From NCBI GenBank assembly GCA_963817525.1, contig CAWFOU010000001.1:448001-512000 (forward strand): DNA of 64,000 bases. Direction: 5' to 3'. Shown piece after piece: positions 18,695 through 28,335 of the stretch; within the stretch, counting starts at the first letter, position 1, and each line of letters begins with the position of its first letter. The notes beneath the pieces were generated by a model that searched no databases, had not been told where the DNA came from, and was given only the letters and a program-made list of their open reading frames with translations. The position numbers were made by a program, and so were the translations under genes. The DNA is from an uncultured archaeon (GTDB lineage: Archaea; Thermoproteota; Nitrososphaeria; Nitrososphaerales; Gagatemarchaeaceae).

Positions 18695-19605
18695 CGGAGA
18701 TAAAAGGCCAGGAGCACGGCAACCCCAAGCCCCATCGGGATTGGGAGGCCCGGCAGCAGCTTGGACTTGCTCAAGAGATAGAGGGTCACCACCACACCAG
18801 CGTCGACCGCTAGTATCGCGAGGAAGGCAGAGCTGAACCCGAACGTATAGTACCCGAGCGCGGGCACCATGGCGTAGAAAACGGTGTCCCCCGTCCCTAT
18901 GGAAAAGCCGCCTATCGTGGAGGCCATCGTCGTCAGCGACTCGTCGGGCAGCGTGTTGATGAGCGTCTTGAGAGGCCCCTTGAAGACGGTGTAGATGTCG
19001 TAGAGCGAGAACCCCAGGGGGAGAAGTATCGCCGTGAGGATGGGTATCGCCGTCGCGAAGTAGCTCCCCACTTCAGCTGAGAGCAGCCCAGTCAGGACGA
19101 GGGCGTACGAAGCGGGCACCTTGCGCAGGGCGATGAGGGACAGGAGCACCACAGTCGCGGTCCCGAACGCCAGCGAGAGATAGAGGGACGCGTTCGCGCT
19201 CATGTATCCCTCGGTCAGGCTGGTCGAGGCGAGCAGGGTGAGGAGGAAGAGCGCTATCGCGGTGCCTCCGAAGATCATCGCCATGAAAATCTTCACCTTC
19301 CGCTTGCGGGCCAACCATACCGCCGTCACGGTGGTGGCGAAGACAAAGGCGACGAGTATCAGGACGTTGACGATGGAGCCTCCAGAGGATGGTCCCGCAG
19401 GCTCGTACACCGGACCTACCGCTTCGGTGATGGGGGCGTTGACCTTCGTTATCGCCAGTGCGAATGCCTGGATGATTAAGATGAACACCAGCGTCTTTAT
19501 GGTCGCTAGACCTGCGCCCTGAGGCTCGGCGTCGCCGACGGTCCCCGGGGGCTCAGGAGTGAGTCCCGTACCCGTGTCGGGCGCTCCATCTGACAACTGG
19601 GTCAC
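18691..19605 (-). CDS. Presenilin/signal-peptide-peptidase family intramembrane aspartyl protease
   Basis: Multi-TM protein with YD (LYDIY), GxGD (IGTGD) and PAL-like PGL motifs. Confidence 0.85.
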   Translation of the reverse strand: MTQLSDGAPDTGTGLTPEPPGTVGDAEPQGAGLATIKTLVFILIIQAFALAITKVNAPITEAVGPVYEPAGPSSGGSIVNVLILVAFVFATTVTAVWLARKRKVKIFMAMIFGGTAIALFLLTLLASTSLTEGYMSANASLYLSLAFGTATVVLLSLIALRKVPASYALVLTGLLSAEVGSYFATAIPILTAILLPLGFSLYDIYTVFKGPLKTLINTLPDESLTTMASTIGGFSIGTGDTVFYAMVPALGYYTFGFSSAFLAILAVDAGVVVTLYLLSKSKLLPGLPIPMGLGVAVLLAFYLR

Positions 19606-19608
19606 CCA

Positions 19609-20865
19609 TCACACGTCGTATACTTCTCCCACGTGGGGAGCGAGGGCCTCTACGCCCAGTTCCGTCTTGAGCTCCGTGGCCAGCTGGACGCAGCTCTCCT
19701 CTTCGCCGTGGACGGTCATGAACTTCGGCGAGCCCTTTATGGCCCTGAGGTCGCCATGTAGCTCGGCCTTGCCGCTGTGGGAAGAGAAATCGAAGCGGCG
19801 GACCTCCGCCCTGACCTTGACCGGCTTTCCTGCGATCAGCGTCATCCCCTTGTCTATGAGCGTCCTTCCTGGTGTGCCCGGGACCTGGAAGCTCACTATG
19901 GCGACTCCGTTCTTCTCGCCCATCGCCAGCCGCTCGTTGTAGAAGATGGACGTGCCGCCGACGAGCATCCCTGCTGGGGCGATTATCACTCCTGGGTTCT
20001 TGATGTAGTTCCGCCTCTGGTTCCAGCCCGAGATGCGCTCCACGTGCTCCAGCGTCCTCCTGAACTCCACCGGGTCGCGGAGGTACTCCTGGTTCCGGAT
20101 CAACACCTCGTTCACCTTGAGGGCCATCCCGTCCATCGCCACCGGGTGCTTGAACCCGTGCTTGTGGAGGGTCATGGCGAGCTCCTGCGCCCTCCCCACC
20201 GAGAAGGCCGGGGCGAGCAGCACCCCTCCTCTCTCGACTATCATGTTGGCGTAGTCGAAGAAGTCCCTCTCCACCTGCACCCTCGCGGGATGGTTTGCGG
20301 TGGCGTACGTGCTCTCGGTTATGACCATGTTGGCCTCGCCAAGCTCCCTGGACGACGAGTTGAGCAGTCCGGTCTCCGAGCCGTTGATGTCACCCGTGTA
20401 GAGCAACCGCCTGCTCCCGGCCTCCACAGCGATCACGCAGGACCCGGGTATGTGCCCGGCGTCGTAGAACGTTACCGTGAAGTCCTTTATCTGGAACGAC
20501 TGCTTGTAGGGGTGGTTGACCGTCTGCCTGTTCATCGACATGAGGTCGATGAACTCGAAGGGCAGGTACGGCCCTGATATCTTGATGAAATCCTCTATCA
20601 GCATGTTGGAGAGCTCGGCCGTCACGGGGGTGCAGTGAAGCTTCACGTTGTCCCCCAAGAACATCACGGGGGTCGCGCCCGAGTGGTCGAGGTGCGCGTG
20701 GCTCAGGATGAGGCCGTCCACCGTCTTGGGCTGGACGTGCATGGGGAATCCTGGCTCCCTCGTCGTGAGCGCGCCATAGTCGAGGATTATGTTAGAGTCG
20801 CCGTGCGAAACCAAAAATGCTGAGCGGCCCACTTGCCTGGCCGCACCTAAGACCTTTACTTGCAT
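19609..20865 (-). CDS. MBL-fold beta-CASP ribonuclease
   Basis: SHAHLDHSG, AGHIPG, YTGD, ESTY, FSSH and VHGE. Confidence 0.9.
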   Translation of the reverse strand: MQVKVLGAARQVGRSAFLVSHGDSNIILDYGALTTREPGFPMHVQPKTVDGLILSHAHLDHSGATPVMFLGDNVKLHCTPVTAELSNMLIEDFIKISGPYLPFEFIDLMSMNRQTVNHPYKQSFQIKDFTVTFYDAGHIPGSCVIAVEAGSRRLLYTGDINGSETGLLNSSSRELGEANMVITESTYATANHPARVQVERDFFDYANMIVERGGVLLAPAFSVGRAQELAMTLHKHGFKHPVAMDGMALKVNEVLIRNQEYLRDPVEFRRTLEHVERISGWNQRRNYIKNPGVIIAPAGMLVGGTSIFYNERLAMGEKNGVAIVSFQVPGTPGRTLIDKGMTLIAGKPVKVRAEVRRFDFSSHSGKAELHGDLRAIKGSPKFMTVHGEEESCVQLATELKTELGVEALAPHVGEVYDV

Positions 20866-21016
20866 GCGTTAAATCCGTCTGTTCCTTCGGCCCGTCAGAC
20901 CCTCTTTAAGGGTTTGCTTGGCGCGTTGGGGGTCCAAGAGGTTTTTCGCGGACCGCCCGGGCCAAACCATCGAGCCCGCATAGCCTTAAGAGCGGATTTT
21001 CCGGACTGCGCCAAGC

Positions 21017-21469
21017 TTGACTGGCCTTTCTGAGGACGAGCGGACCGCGGCAAAGGTCGAGGAGCTCGACAAGCTGATCGCCGAGCTTGAAGGACGGCGC
21101 CGGGAGCTCGTGGAGGCGGCCAAAGCAAGCAAGGCGATCCCCGCCGCTCCGAAGACGGAGGCGGTGGAGGCTAACCCGCCTCCCAGGCATGAGGCTCCCG
21201 CTCGCGTGCCGAGCCCCGCGGCCTCGCTAAGGTCGAGGAGCGCCCTCGAGAAGGAGCTGGACGAGCTTCCTTGGAAGAGCTTCAAGAAGAAGGAAGGGGA
21301 GTGGGCGTTCCTCAGGGACAGGGAGGGCAGGCTAGTGGAGGAGCTCCAGTCGTCGAAGGAGTTCGTGGACAGGCTCAGGAAGGAAGGCGAGGTGGTGGTC
21401 GGGAAATACCGATATCATGTCTCTGAGGACAAGTTCCTCAACAGGTACTACGCCGGCGGAAGCAAGTGA
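21017..21469 (+). CDS. Hypothetical protein
   Basis: Coiled-coil N-terminus; LPWK...GEWAF and YRY..DKFL C-terminal domain. Confidence 0.6.
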   Translation: MTGLSEDERTAAKVEELDKLIAELEGRRRELVEAAKASKAIPAAPKTEAVEANPPPRHEAPARVPSPAASLRSRSALEKELDELPWKSFKKKEGEWAFLRDREGRLVEELQSSKEFVDRLRKEGEVVVGKYRYHVSEDKFLNRYYAGGSK

Positions 21470-21488
21470 CGAAGCGCTTCAGCTCGGC

Positions 21489-21695
21489 CTAGTTGAGCCC
21501 GATCTCGGGGAAGTGGGCCGGGGGTAGCCCCAGTTGGGACTGGAGGGTCCTTATCCTCTCGGCATATTTCAGCATGTTAGGCATGTCTCCCTGCGCCTTG
21601 GCTATCTTGTATGCCCGCCACGCCTTCTTCAGAGCGCCCCAGCTCTGCCCTGCGGTGTACGACATCAGGTTCGCCGCACCAGCTTTCGACTCCAA
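21489..21695 (-). CDS. Small helical hypothetical protein
   Basis: Compact 68-aa ORF with W.AL.KAW.AYKIAK. Confidence 0.6.
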   Translation of the reverse strand: MESKAGAANLMSYTAGQSWGALKKAWRAYKIAKAQGDMPNMLKYAERIRTLQSQLGLPPAHFPEIGLN

Positions 21696-21748
21696 CGGTT
21701 TTTAGGCCTTGTGCCGCCTTTGCGGCCCTGGGCCATCGGAGGCTCTCT

Positions 21749-22882
21749 TCACGCGCTCACGTCGGGCTCGAGGTCCAACTCGGACTCGTCGGCACCCTGG
21801 GAGCCAGCCTCGTGCCTCCTAAACCACGCTACCGGCTTGCCCTGCTCGATCGTCACCGCGGTCAGCCTGTACCCGGTGCCCTCGACACGGCTGACGAGGG
21901 TCCTGCTGATCTGGTTCCTGCTCGTCTCTATGCTTAGCATGTCGTCGAGGATCACCCCGATGGTGTAGACGGGCTCCACCCTCCACCTGAACTCCCTGAG
22001 CACCTTCGAGACCCTCACCGCCTCTTCCCTGTTCCCAGTCCCTCCCTGGATGTACCAGGACTTTGAGACCAAGAGGGGGTTGTCGTCCTTCTGCTGCTGC
22101 TTGGGGACGGCTGCCTCCTTCGGCGTCACCTGCACCGGAGCCGGCGCTGGCGGAGCTGCCGCGGGCGCGGGTTCCCGGTGGGGCTCTTGGGCCGGCTCGG
22201 GGATAGGAGCTGAAATTTCCTCGCCGATGGGCGGCTCGGGCCCTTGCTCTTGTGCGGCGACGGAGGGCTGCGGGCTCGCCAGGGCTACCTCGGAGGCATC
22301 TTGAGGCGCCTGGCTCGTCTCCACCACTGGCTCGGCGGCCTGTGCCTCCGGCGTCTCTTGGGCTTGGGTCGCGAGCATCTCCTGCGCGTCGAGCTCGTAT
22401 TCCACCACCTCGGCGTCCCAAACGTATCGCCGGCCGGTGACATCGTAGTCGACGAACTCTCCCTTCGCGAGCATCTGCCTCGCCTTCTTCGCTTCGTCGA
22501 ACGGCAGGGAGGTGCTGAACGCCTCCTGAAGGTCCTGGTCGAAACCGCGGACACGGATCAGCGGCTGGCCGAGCGAGAGGGAAGCCTCCATGTTGACTAT
22601 CACCTTCCCGACCTTCGTCGGGACTTCCTCCTCCAGGGACTTTTCTTCCGAGGCGGCCTGCTCGAACCGGGCAGGCGACGGCTTTGCGAGACCTGTGGGC
22701 TCCGCGACCTGGTGGCCCGCCTTGCCGCGACCTGTGGGCTCCACGATCTCGTGGCCCGCGTGCCTGACCTTGAACTGCTCTACGCTCAGGTTCGAGTAGA
22801 ACGCGTCCGATATGCCGCAGGTCTTGCACTCCACCTGGATTTTCTGGAGGACGCTGTATCTGCCGCTTCGCTTCTCGCTCAA
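21749..22882 (-). CDS. Hypothetical protein with N-terminal CxxC..HxxH finger and Pro/Glu-rich linker
   Basis: CKTC...RHAGH; low-complexity middle region. Confidence 0.6.
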   Translation of the reverse strand: MSEKRSGRYSVLQKIQVECKTCGISDAFYSNLSVEQFKVRHAGHEIVEPTGRGKAGHQVAEPTGLAKPSPARFEQAASEEKSLEEEVPTKVGKVIVNMEASLSLGQPLIRVRGFDQDLQEAFSTSLPFDEAKKARQMLAKGEFVDYDVTGRRYVWDAEVVEYELDAQEMLATQAQETPEAQAAEPVVETSQAPQDASEVALASPQPSVAAQEQGPEPPIGEEISAPIPEPAQEPHREPAPAAAPPAPAPVQVTPKEAAVPKQQQKDDNPLLVSKSWYIQGGTGNREEAVRVSKVLREFRWRVEPVYTIGVILDDMLSIETSRNQISRTLVSRVEGTGYRLTAVTIEQGKPVAWFRRHEAGSQGADESELDLEPDVSA

Positions 22883-23052
22883 CGGGCCGCCAGCTCCTGG
22901 ACCAGTTGGGACTGCGCCAGCGCGCCTGAGATCAGCTCGCTCGCCGACCCGCTGACGCTGAGACGGCTCCCCTTCGTCTTGCTCTTTTCTGCCACGTAGT
23001 CTATCAGATTCATGTAGACCGCGTCTTCGAGGGCGACGGTGATCTTCTTCAT
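22879..23052 (-). CDS. Small ribbon-helix-helix-like protein (57 aa, not in ORF track)
   Basis: Reads MKKITVALEDAVYMNLIDYV...; its stop overlaps the next TTG start. Confidence 0.55.
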   Translation of the reverse strand: MKKITVALEDAVYMNLIDYVAEKSKTKGSRLSVSGSASELISGALAQSQLVQELAAR

Positions 23053-23212
23053 GTCTGGGACTCCGAGAATCCCACGGTGATATTAGCAGATATGCCTCTT
23101 TCCAGAAGTCCTGAAAGAGCCTGCTGGATTACGGTCGGGACGGTCGGGCCTGTCGAGCCATCCGCGCGAGCCAACGTTTAAGACTGCACTCGGGTGAGGC
23201 GGACGAATCGGG

Positions 23213-23962
23213 ATGTCTTCCCCAGCTCAGCCGGCTTCGATACGCATCCTCCCCGAGGTCATCGGGCGCAGCAGGCTCGAGGCCAAGGCCTTGATAGCCG
23301 GATTCCACGGGATCGGCGCGACGGGCTACTGGACGGTGAAGTTCCTGATCCAGGAGCTGAAGGCTAGAAGGGTCTGCTACATCGACTCGGAGTTCGCCCC
23401 CGCAGTCTCGTCGACGGTGAAGAACGAGATCTCCACCCCCTACGAGCTATACGGGGTAGGCGACCTCTTGTTCCTAAAGGCCGAGGTCCCGCCGCTTCGC
23501 GAGAACGAGACCCGCTTCTTCAGGGAGCTCAGCCAGTGGATAATCGGCTCGGGCATCCGTGAAGTCACCCTTATCGGCGGCCTCGACGAGTCTCTCCGCT
23601 CCGACGACTCGAAATACCGTCTCGTGCTCACGGACTCGATGAAGGCCGGGGAGCACGGGCGTGGGCTGGAGGCCGAGCCAGTACTCGAGGAGGGGAGGAT
23701 GATAGTTGGGCCGGTCGCCGTCATGCTCAACGCCTTCCAGATGTGGGGCTATCCAGCGGCCGCGATCCTCGCGTACTCCAACACGGAGCGCATAGACCCA
23801 AGAGCCGCGGCGGCCGCGGTCGACTTCGTGGCTAGAAGGTACTCCCTCGAGGTGAACATAGAGCCCTTGATCAAGGGCGCCGAGGAGCTCGAGCGCGAGC
23901 TTGTGGGGCTCGCCCAGAAGGACAAGGACAAGGGCGGTCCTCCGGGCGCGATATACTCCTAG
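23213..23962 (+). CDS. PAC2-family proteasome assembly chaperone
   Basis: GF.GIG.TG, LIGGL, IVGP and DPRAAA. Confidence 0.85.
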   Translation: MSSPAQPASIRILPEVIGRSRLEAKALIAGFHGIGATGYWTVKFLIQELKARRVCYIDSEFAPAVSSTVKNEISTPYELYGVGDLLFLKAEVPPLRENETRFFRELSQWIIGSGIREVTLIGGLDESLRSDDSKYRLVLTDSMKAGEHGRGLEAEPVLEEGRMIVGPVAVMLNAFQMWGYPAAAILAYSNTERIDPRAAAAAVDFVARRYSLEVNIEPLIKGAEELERELVGLAQKDKDKGGPPGAIYS

Positions 23963-23978
23963 GCGGTCGCTGAGTTTC

Positions 23979-25490
23979 TCAATCGCTGGCCGGGGGCTTC
24001 GTTCCTTTGGCGGCGCCAGCCACTATCACCTTGGAGTAGCCTGCCTTCTTCAGGGCCTTCACGCAGGCCGCGATCGACGCGAGGGGCGCCGCCCTGTCTG
24101 AGATGGTCTGGGAGAACGGGAAGACGAACTCGAGCTCGGCGGGGTAGGGTCCTAGCTGGGGGTTGATCCTGTAGATGTCGGTCTCCTCGAGGTTCTTGAT
24201 GCGGCGCATCCTCCCGGAGCTCTTCGTGAGGGGAGGGGGCGCGGCGCTGGGAACGAGCACGGCAGTCGCCTTGCGGGTCCTCTTCGCCATGATCCTCCCC
24301 AGGTGCTCCCTCGCGAGCGTGAGCTCGGGCCTCATGGTGTCCTCCTCGCTCCTCACCATGAGCCCCCTGAGCTTCAGCAGGGGCGTGGGCTTGACGAGCA
24401 GGTGGGAATGGTCCCGCACGAGCGCCCTGAAGGCGGACGCCGAACTCGTGTGCGCCATCGCCCTCTCCTCAACCAGGTCCCACAGACGCCCCTCGCAGAT
24501 CGCTTCCTTGCACCTGATTACGTCCGCCCGGAGCACGTGGAGGTTGTGCAGGGCGACCTTTCGGACGCGGTCCTCCCTGGGGGAGGAGCGGAGGTCGTTG
24601 AGCGTGGTGCCGTTGCAGACCGGGCAGCTGCAGGGCAGGTAGGCCATCCTGTCGAGCTGCAGGGTCCCCCTCTCGGTCATGTATCGTTCCTTCTTCGCGT
24701 ACAACATGTAGCTGGCCGAGTCGAAGGTGTCGCAGCCAAGTGCGACTGAAAGGGGGAGGGTGAGGGGGTGGCCCGCTCCGAAGAGATGGAGGGGCATCGA
24801 GTAGGGCATGCTCTTCCGTGCGTGCACTATCATGTCGACCAGGGGCGAGAAGAGGTACCCCTCCATCAGCTCAACGGGGCTCCCGAGAGCCAGCACCTGG
24901 AATCCCGCCTCGACCAATCCTCGAGCCGAGGCCCTTACAAGGTCGCCGAAGATCCCGCCCTGGACAGGTCCCACCCAAATTGTCTCGGACTCTCCGAACT
25001 TCTCGATAGTGTCCTTCGCCGCACCCAGGCTCGCCCGCATCGTCTGCCTGGCGTAGGCCTTGGAGTTCGAGTACCCCGTGGGCTTGTCGAGCGTCACGGC
25101 AAGGTCGGAGCCAATCCTCGACTGGAAGTCGGCGATCTCGTCAGGGGTGAACTCGGTGTCGCCGTACTCAAGGACCTGGTAGCCGCCGGAGTCCGTCATC
25201 ATGACGCCGTCGAACCCAAGCAGCTCGTGCAGGCCCTTCTCCAGGGCCTCGGCCTGGTTTCGCTTGTAGAGAATGTAGGAGTTGGTCATGAGTATCTCGA
25301 ACCCCATGGCCTTGAACTGCGAGAGGGGAATGTCGCGCCAGACGGGGTGGATCACTGGTGTCAGGCATGGGGTCTCGAAGCTCTTCTTGCCAACCGTCAT
25401 CACCCCCACCCTGCCCATGAGGTCGGTCTCCTTCACCTCGAACGAGAACGGCTTGGGCATCGTGGTCGCGACGGCGGAGATTTGGTTCAC
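23979..25490 (-). CDS. tgtA: Archaeosine tRNA-guanine(15) transglycosylase
   Basis: MTDSGGYQ, PVQGG, HLFGAGHP, GCDTFDSASY, CSCPVC and HNL. Confidence 0.93.
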   Translation of the reverse strand: MNQISAVATTMPKPFSFEVKETDLMGRVGVMTVGKKSFETPCLTPVIHPVWRDIPLSQFKAMGFEILMTNSYILYKRNQAEALEKGLHELLGFDGVMMTDSGGYQVLEYGDTEFTPDEIADFQSRIGSDLAVTLDKPTGYSNSKAYARQTMRASLGAAKDTIEKFGESETIWVGPVQGGIFGDLVRASARGLVEAGFQVLALGSPVELMEGYLFSPLVDMIVHARKSMPYSMPLHLFGAGHPLTLPLSVALGCDTFDSASYMLYAKKERYMTERGTLQLDRMAYLPCSCPVCNGTTLNDLRSSPREDRVRKVALHNLHVLRADVIRCKEAICEGRLWDLVEERAMAHTSSASAFRALVRDHSHLLVKPTPLLKLRGLMVRSEEDTMRPELTLAREHLGRIMAKRTRKATAVLVPSAAPPPLTKSSGRMRRIKNLEETDIYRINPQLGPYPAELEFVFPFSQTISDRAAPLASIAACVKALKKAGYSKVIVAGAAKGTKPPASD

Positions 25491-25518
25491 ATATCAGGGT
25501 TCCGAGAGCGGAGGGGGG

Positions 25519-25773
25519 ATGGAGAAGACGCCTGCGACGAGGTTGGGGTTCAAGTCCCAGGTGGCCGTGGTGTTGGCATTCTATGTAGGCCTCTTTTTTG
25601 TAGAGTACCCTCCCATCTTCCTGCTAGGATACTGGTCGTGGGGCGCGCTGGAGCACAAGACGCTTACGGGAGTGCTCCTCGCGGTCAACCTCGTCATCAC
25701 CCAGTACGCAGCGAAGCGGCTGGGGCTTTTCGCTGGCGCGAAGAAGGCAGAGGAGGTCGGAGCGGATGGATAA
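25519..25773 (+). CDS. Small two-TM membrane protein
   Basis: Two hydrophobic segments. Confidence 0.5.
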   Translation: MEKTPATRLGFKSQVAVVLAFYVGLFFVEYPPIFLLGYWSWGALEHKTLTGVLLAVNLVITQYAAKRLGLFAGAKKAEEVGADG

Positions 25774-25775
25774 GT

Positions 25776-26453
25776 CTAGGCGGTGCCGAAGGCGCGGCGG
25801 GCGTAGTGCTTCCCTCCCTGCCCCTGGGCACCCTTGAAGCGCTCTTCCTCGTTGACGTCCCCGCGCTCGTGGTATCCGAAGTGCTCCCAGTAGCCGTCCA
25901 TGTACTCGGGGATGAACTCGATCTTCCCCAGCCACTTTGCGCTCTTCCACCCGTAGAGGTGCGGCATGAACGGCCTCGCGGGGAACCCCTGCTCAGCGGT
26001 CAGCGGCTTGCCGTTCATCCTGACGGCGACGATGGAGTCCTCCATAAGCGCGTCCTCCAGCGGGATGGGGGCTGTGTATCCGTCGTAGCAGTGGAACATG
26101 ACCCACTTCGCCTCGGGCTTTGCGCCCGCGGCGTCCGCGAGGCTCTTGATCGGTACGCCTTCCCAGAGGGGCTTCTCTATGGACCAGCTTGTGACACAGT
26201 TGAAGGTCTTCGAGTAGCTCTTCATGGGGAGCGTCAGGAACTCGTTGTACCCGAAGACCAGGGGCGTGTTGACTAGTCCGGTGACTTCCAACCTCCATTT
26301 CGCCGGGTCGACGTGCTGCACTCCCATGGCGGCGTAGATGACGAACCTCTTCCCCCACACCTGGCCCGGGGGCAGGGGCTCCCTTTCTGGAGGGGCAGGT
26401 GGGGCTGGAGGCGCGGCTTGGGACAACCGTGTGTGATTGGCACGGCGTCCCAT
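25776..26453 (-). CDS. Sulfite oxidase-like molybdopterin oxidoreductase
   Basis: LPPGQ, W.L.VTGLV, CVT.WS, GFPAR, YGWKSAKW and GYWE..GYH. Confidence 0.9.
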   Translation of the reverse strand: MGRRANHTRLSQAAPPAPPAPPEREPLPPGQVWGKRFVIYAAMGVQHVDPAKWRLEVTGLVNTPLVFGYNEFLTLPMKSYSKTFNCVTSWSIEKPLWEGVPIKSLADAAGAKPEAKWVMFHCYDGYTAPIPLEDALMEDSIVAVRMNGKPLTAEQGFPARPFMPHLYGWKSAKWLGKIEFIPEYMDGYWEHFGYHERGDVNEEERFKGAQGQGGKHYARRAFGTA

Positions 26454-26536
26454 AAAACGCTTTTTCCGGCAGCGCCGCGCCGACCATAGTTTTATACGCG
26501 TCGTCAGGAGCCATGCGGAAGGCAAGGAGCGATTTC

Positions 26537-26998
26537 ATGATTCAGTCTGCGACGTCGACGGCGCCCCCAACGGGGACCCCTAAGAAGAGACCCGCCCTCC
26601 TGCCCATTGTCATTCTCGTCCTCATCGTGATAGTCGCCATCGGCACGGGAGCCGCATACGCGTCCGGGGCGAGCAGTGGGACGAGCTACGCTTGCATGAC
26701 GATCTCCCACCAAGGCAGCTCGGAGACGATAACGACGACCGGGCTGCTCCACTGGGTCAATTCCCAATACTACATCAGCTGTAACGAAGGGTCGAACCTC
26801 CCGACTAGCAAGTACACGGCCTCTTGCTTGGTTATCTCTCCCAAGAACATACCGGCGCCCATAGGGGTTGGGGCCGCGACCGAATACTACTACATCTCCG
26901 CGAGCGGGAGCCAAATCTCTCTCAGCGGCGCGGCGGCACCGAAGAACGCCACAGAGTTCATCAATCCTTCAGGCCTCTCCCTGACCGCCGCGTGCTAG
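26537..26998 (+). CDS. Membrane-anchored/secreted Cys-containing protein
   Basis: N-terminal TM segment and Ser/Thr-rich beta domain. Confidence 0.6.
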   Translation: MIQSATSTAPPTGTPKKRPALLPIVILVLIVIVAIGTGAAYASGASSGTSYACMTISHQGSSETITTTGLLHWVNSQYYISCNEGSNLPTSKYTASCLVISPKNIPAPIGVGAATEYYYISASGSQISLSGAAAPKNATEFINPSGLSLTAAC

Positions 26999-27095
26999 AC
27001 GCCGCGGACGAGTCGACCGGACCACGGGCCCCTATGGATTATATACACCACTAAAGGGGAGGCGTGAGCACAACCGAAAGCAACCCAGAGAGAAA

Positions 27096-28316
27096 ATGTC
27101 GTCTACATCATCATACCAATATCTGAGCAGACTCGAGAACGCCGTCAAGCAGCACGAAAGCTGGAGGACGGGCGAGTGCCTGAACATGATCGCCTCGGAG
27201 AACTTCAGCAGCCCCCAGTCGAGGGGGATGCTGGTCTCTGACTTTGCCAACCGCTACACCGCCCCCGACCAGTTCTACAGGGGGGCGCGTTTCATGGACG
27301 AGGTCCAGGCCCTCGCCGAGGAGGTTGCAAGGAAGGTCTACAACGCAAAGTACGCCGACGTCAGGCCGACGTCGGGGCACGCGGCGGACATCGCGCTTCT
27401 CCTGACCCTGGTCAACCGCGGGGACAAGATAGTCTCAATGGGGATCGAGAACGGCGGCTACCCGGGGATCTCGCACTTGGGCCTGGGGAAGATCCTGGGC
27501 CTGAAGAACCTCTACTTCGCGTTCGACGACAAGGAGTACAACATCGACGCCAAGGCCACCAGGCAGATGCTCGAGCTGGAGAGGCCGAAGATGGTGATTT
27601 TCGGCTCCAGTTTCATCCCCTTCCCCCAGCCTGTCCGGGAGGTCTCGAGCGCGGTCGACGACGCCATCTGCGTTTACGACGGCTCCCACGTGATGGGGCT
27701 CCTCGCAGGGGGCGAGTTCCAGGACCCGTTGCGGGAGGGTTGCTCGCTGCTCGTGGGCTCCACGCACAAGAGCCTGCCGGGGCCGCAAGGGGGGCTGATC
27801 CTCGGGAACAACGAGGAGCTCTTCGAGCGGGTCAGCTCCCAGATACACCCAGGGATAATCGACAACGTGCACTGGAATCGGGTCGCCGCACTCGCGGTCA
27901 GCCTGCTGGAGATGATGCAGTTCGGCAAGTCCTACGCGCAGGCGGTGGTCAAGAACTCGCAGGCCCTCGGTAAGGGGCTGGCCGACAGGGGGATCGCCGT
28001 GAAGGGTGCGGCCCTCGGATACTCAAAGTCCCACCAGGTGCTGCTGGAGTGCGACAAGGCGAGAGGCCAGCTCTACGCGAAGAGGCTGGAGGAGGCCAAC
28101 ATAATCATCGACAACGGGGGCAGGGTGGGCACAGCGGAGGCGACGCGCATGGGGATGGGTCCAGCGGAGATGGACGAGGCGGCAGAGCTGATGGCGTTCG
28201 CGATCCAGGGCAAGAAGCCAAGCGACTTTATCCAGAAGAAGGTGCGCTCGCTCACCAAAGAATTCAGGACGCCCCGCTACGTGCTGAAGAGCGTCGCCGA
28301 GGACGAAGCGGAATAG
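27096..28316 (+). CDS. glyA: Serine hydroxymethyltransferase
   Basis: LNMIASEN, FYRG, YDGSH and STHKSLPGPQGG. Confidence 0.95.
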   Translation: MSSTSSYQYLSRLENAVKQHESWRTGECLNMIASENFSSPQSRGMLVSDFANRYTAPDQFYRGARFMDEVQALAEEVARKVYNAKYADVRPTSGHAADIALLLTLVNRGDKIVSMGIENGGYPGISHLGLGKILGLKNLYFAFDDKEYNIDAKATRQMLELERPKMVIFGSSFIPFPQPVREVSSAVDDAICVYDGSHVMGLLAGGEFQDPLREGCSLLVGSTHKSLPGPQGGLILGNNEELFERVSSQIHPGIIDNVHWNRVAALAVSLLEMMQFGKSYAQAVVKNSQALGKGLADRGIAVKGAALGYSKSHQVLLECDKARGQLYAKRLEEANIIIDNGGRVGTAEATRMGMGPAEMDEAAELMAFAIQGKKPSDFIQKKVRSLTKEFRTPRYVLKSVAEDEAE

Positions 28317-28335
28317 CCGCCGTGGCCTAGTGGCT

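Noticed and set aside
18691-19605. Prepilin peptidase for the pilus locus
   Set aside because: YD/GxGD/PGL motifs and topology fit the presenilin/SPP family rather than PibD/FlaK, and the gene is unlinked
24768-26276. Long alternative-frame ORFs (e.g. 502 aa here, 12126-13256, 21819-22829)
   Set aside because: Antisense or shifted shadows of well-supported genes in GC-rich DNA, with no motifs
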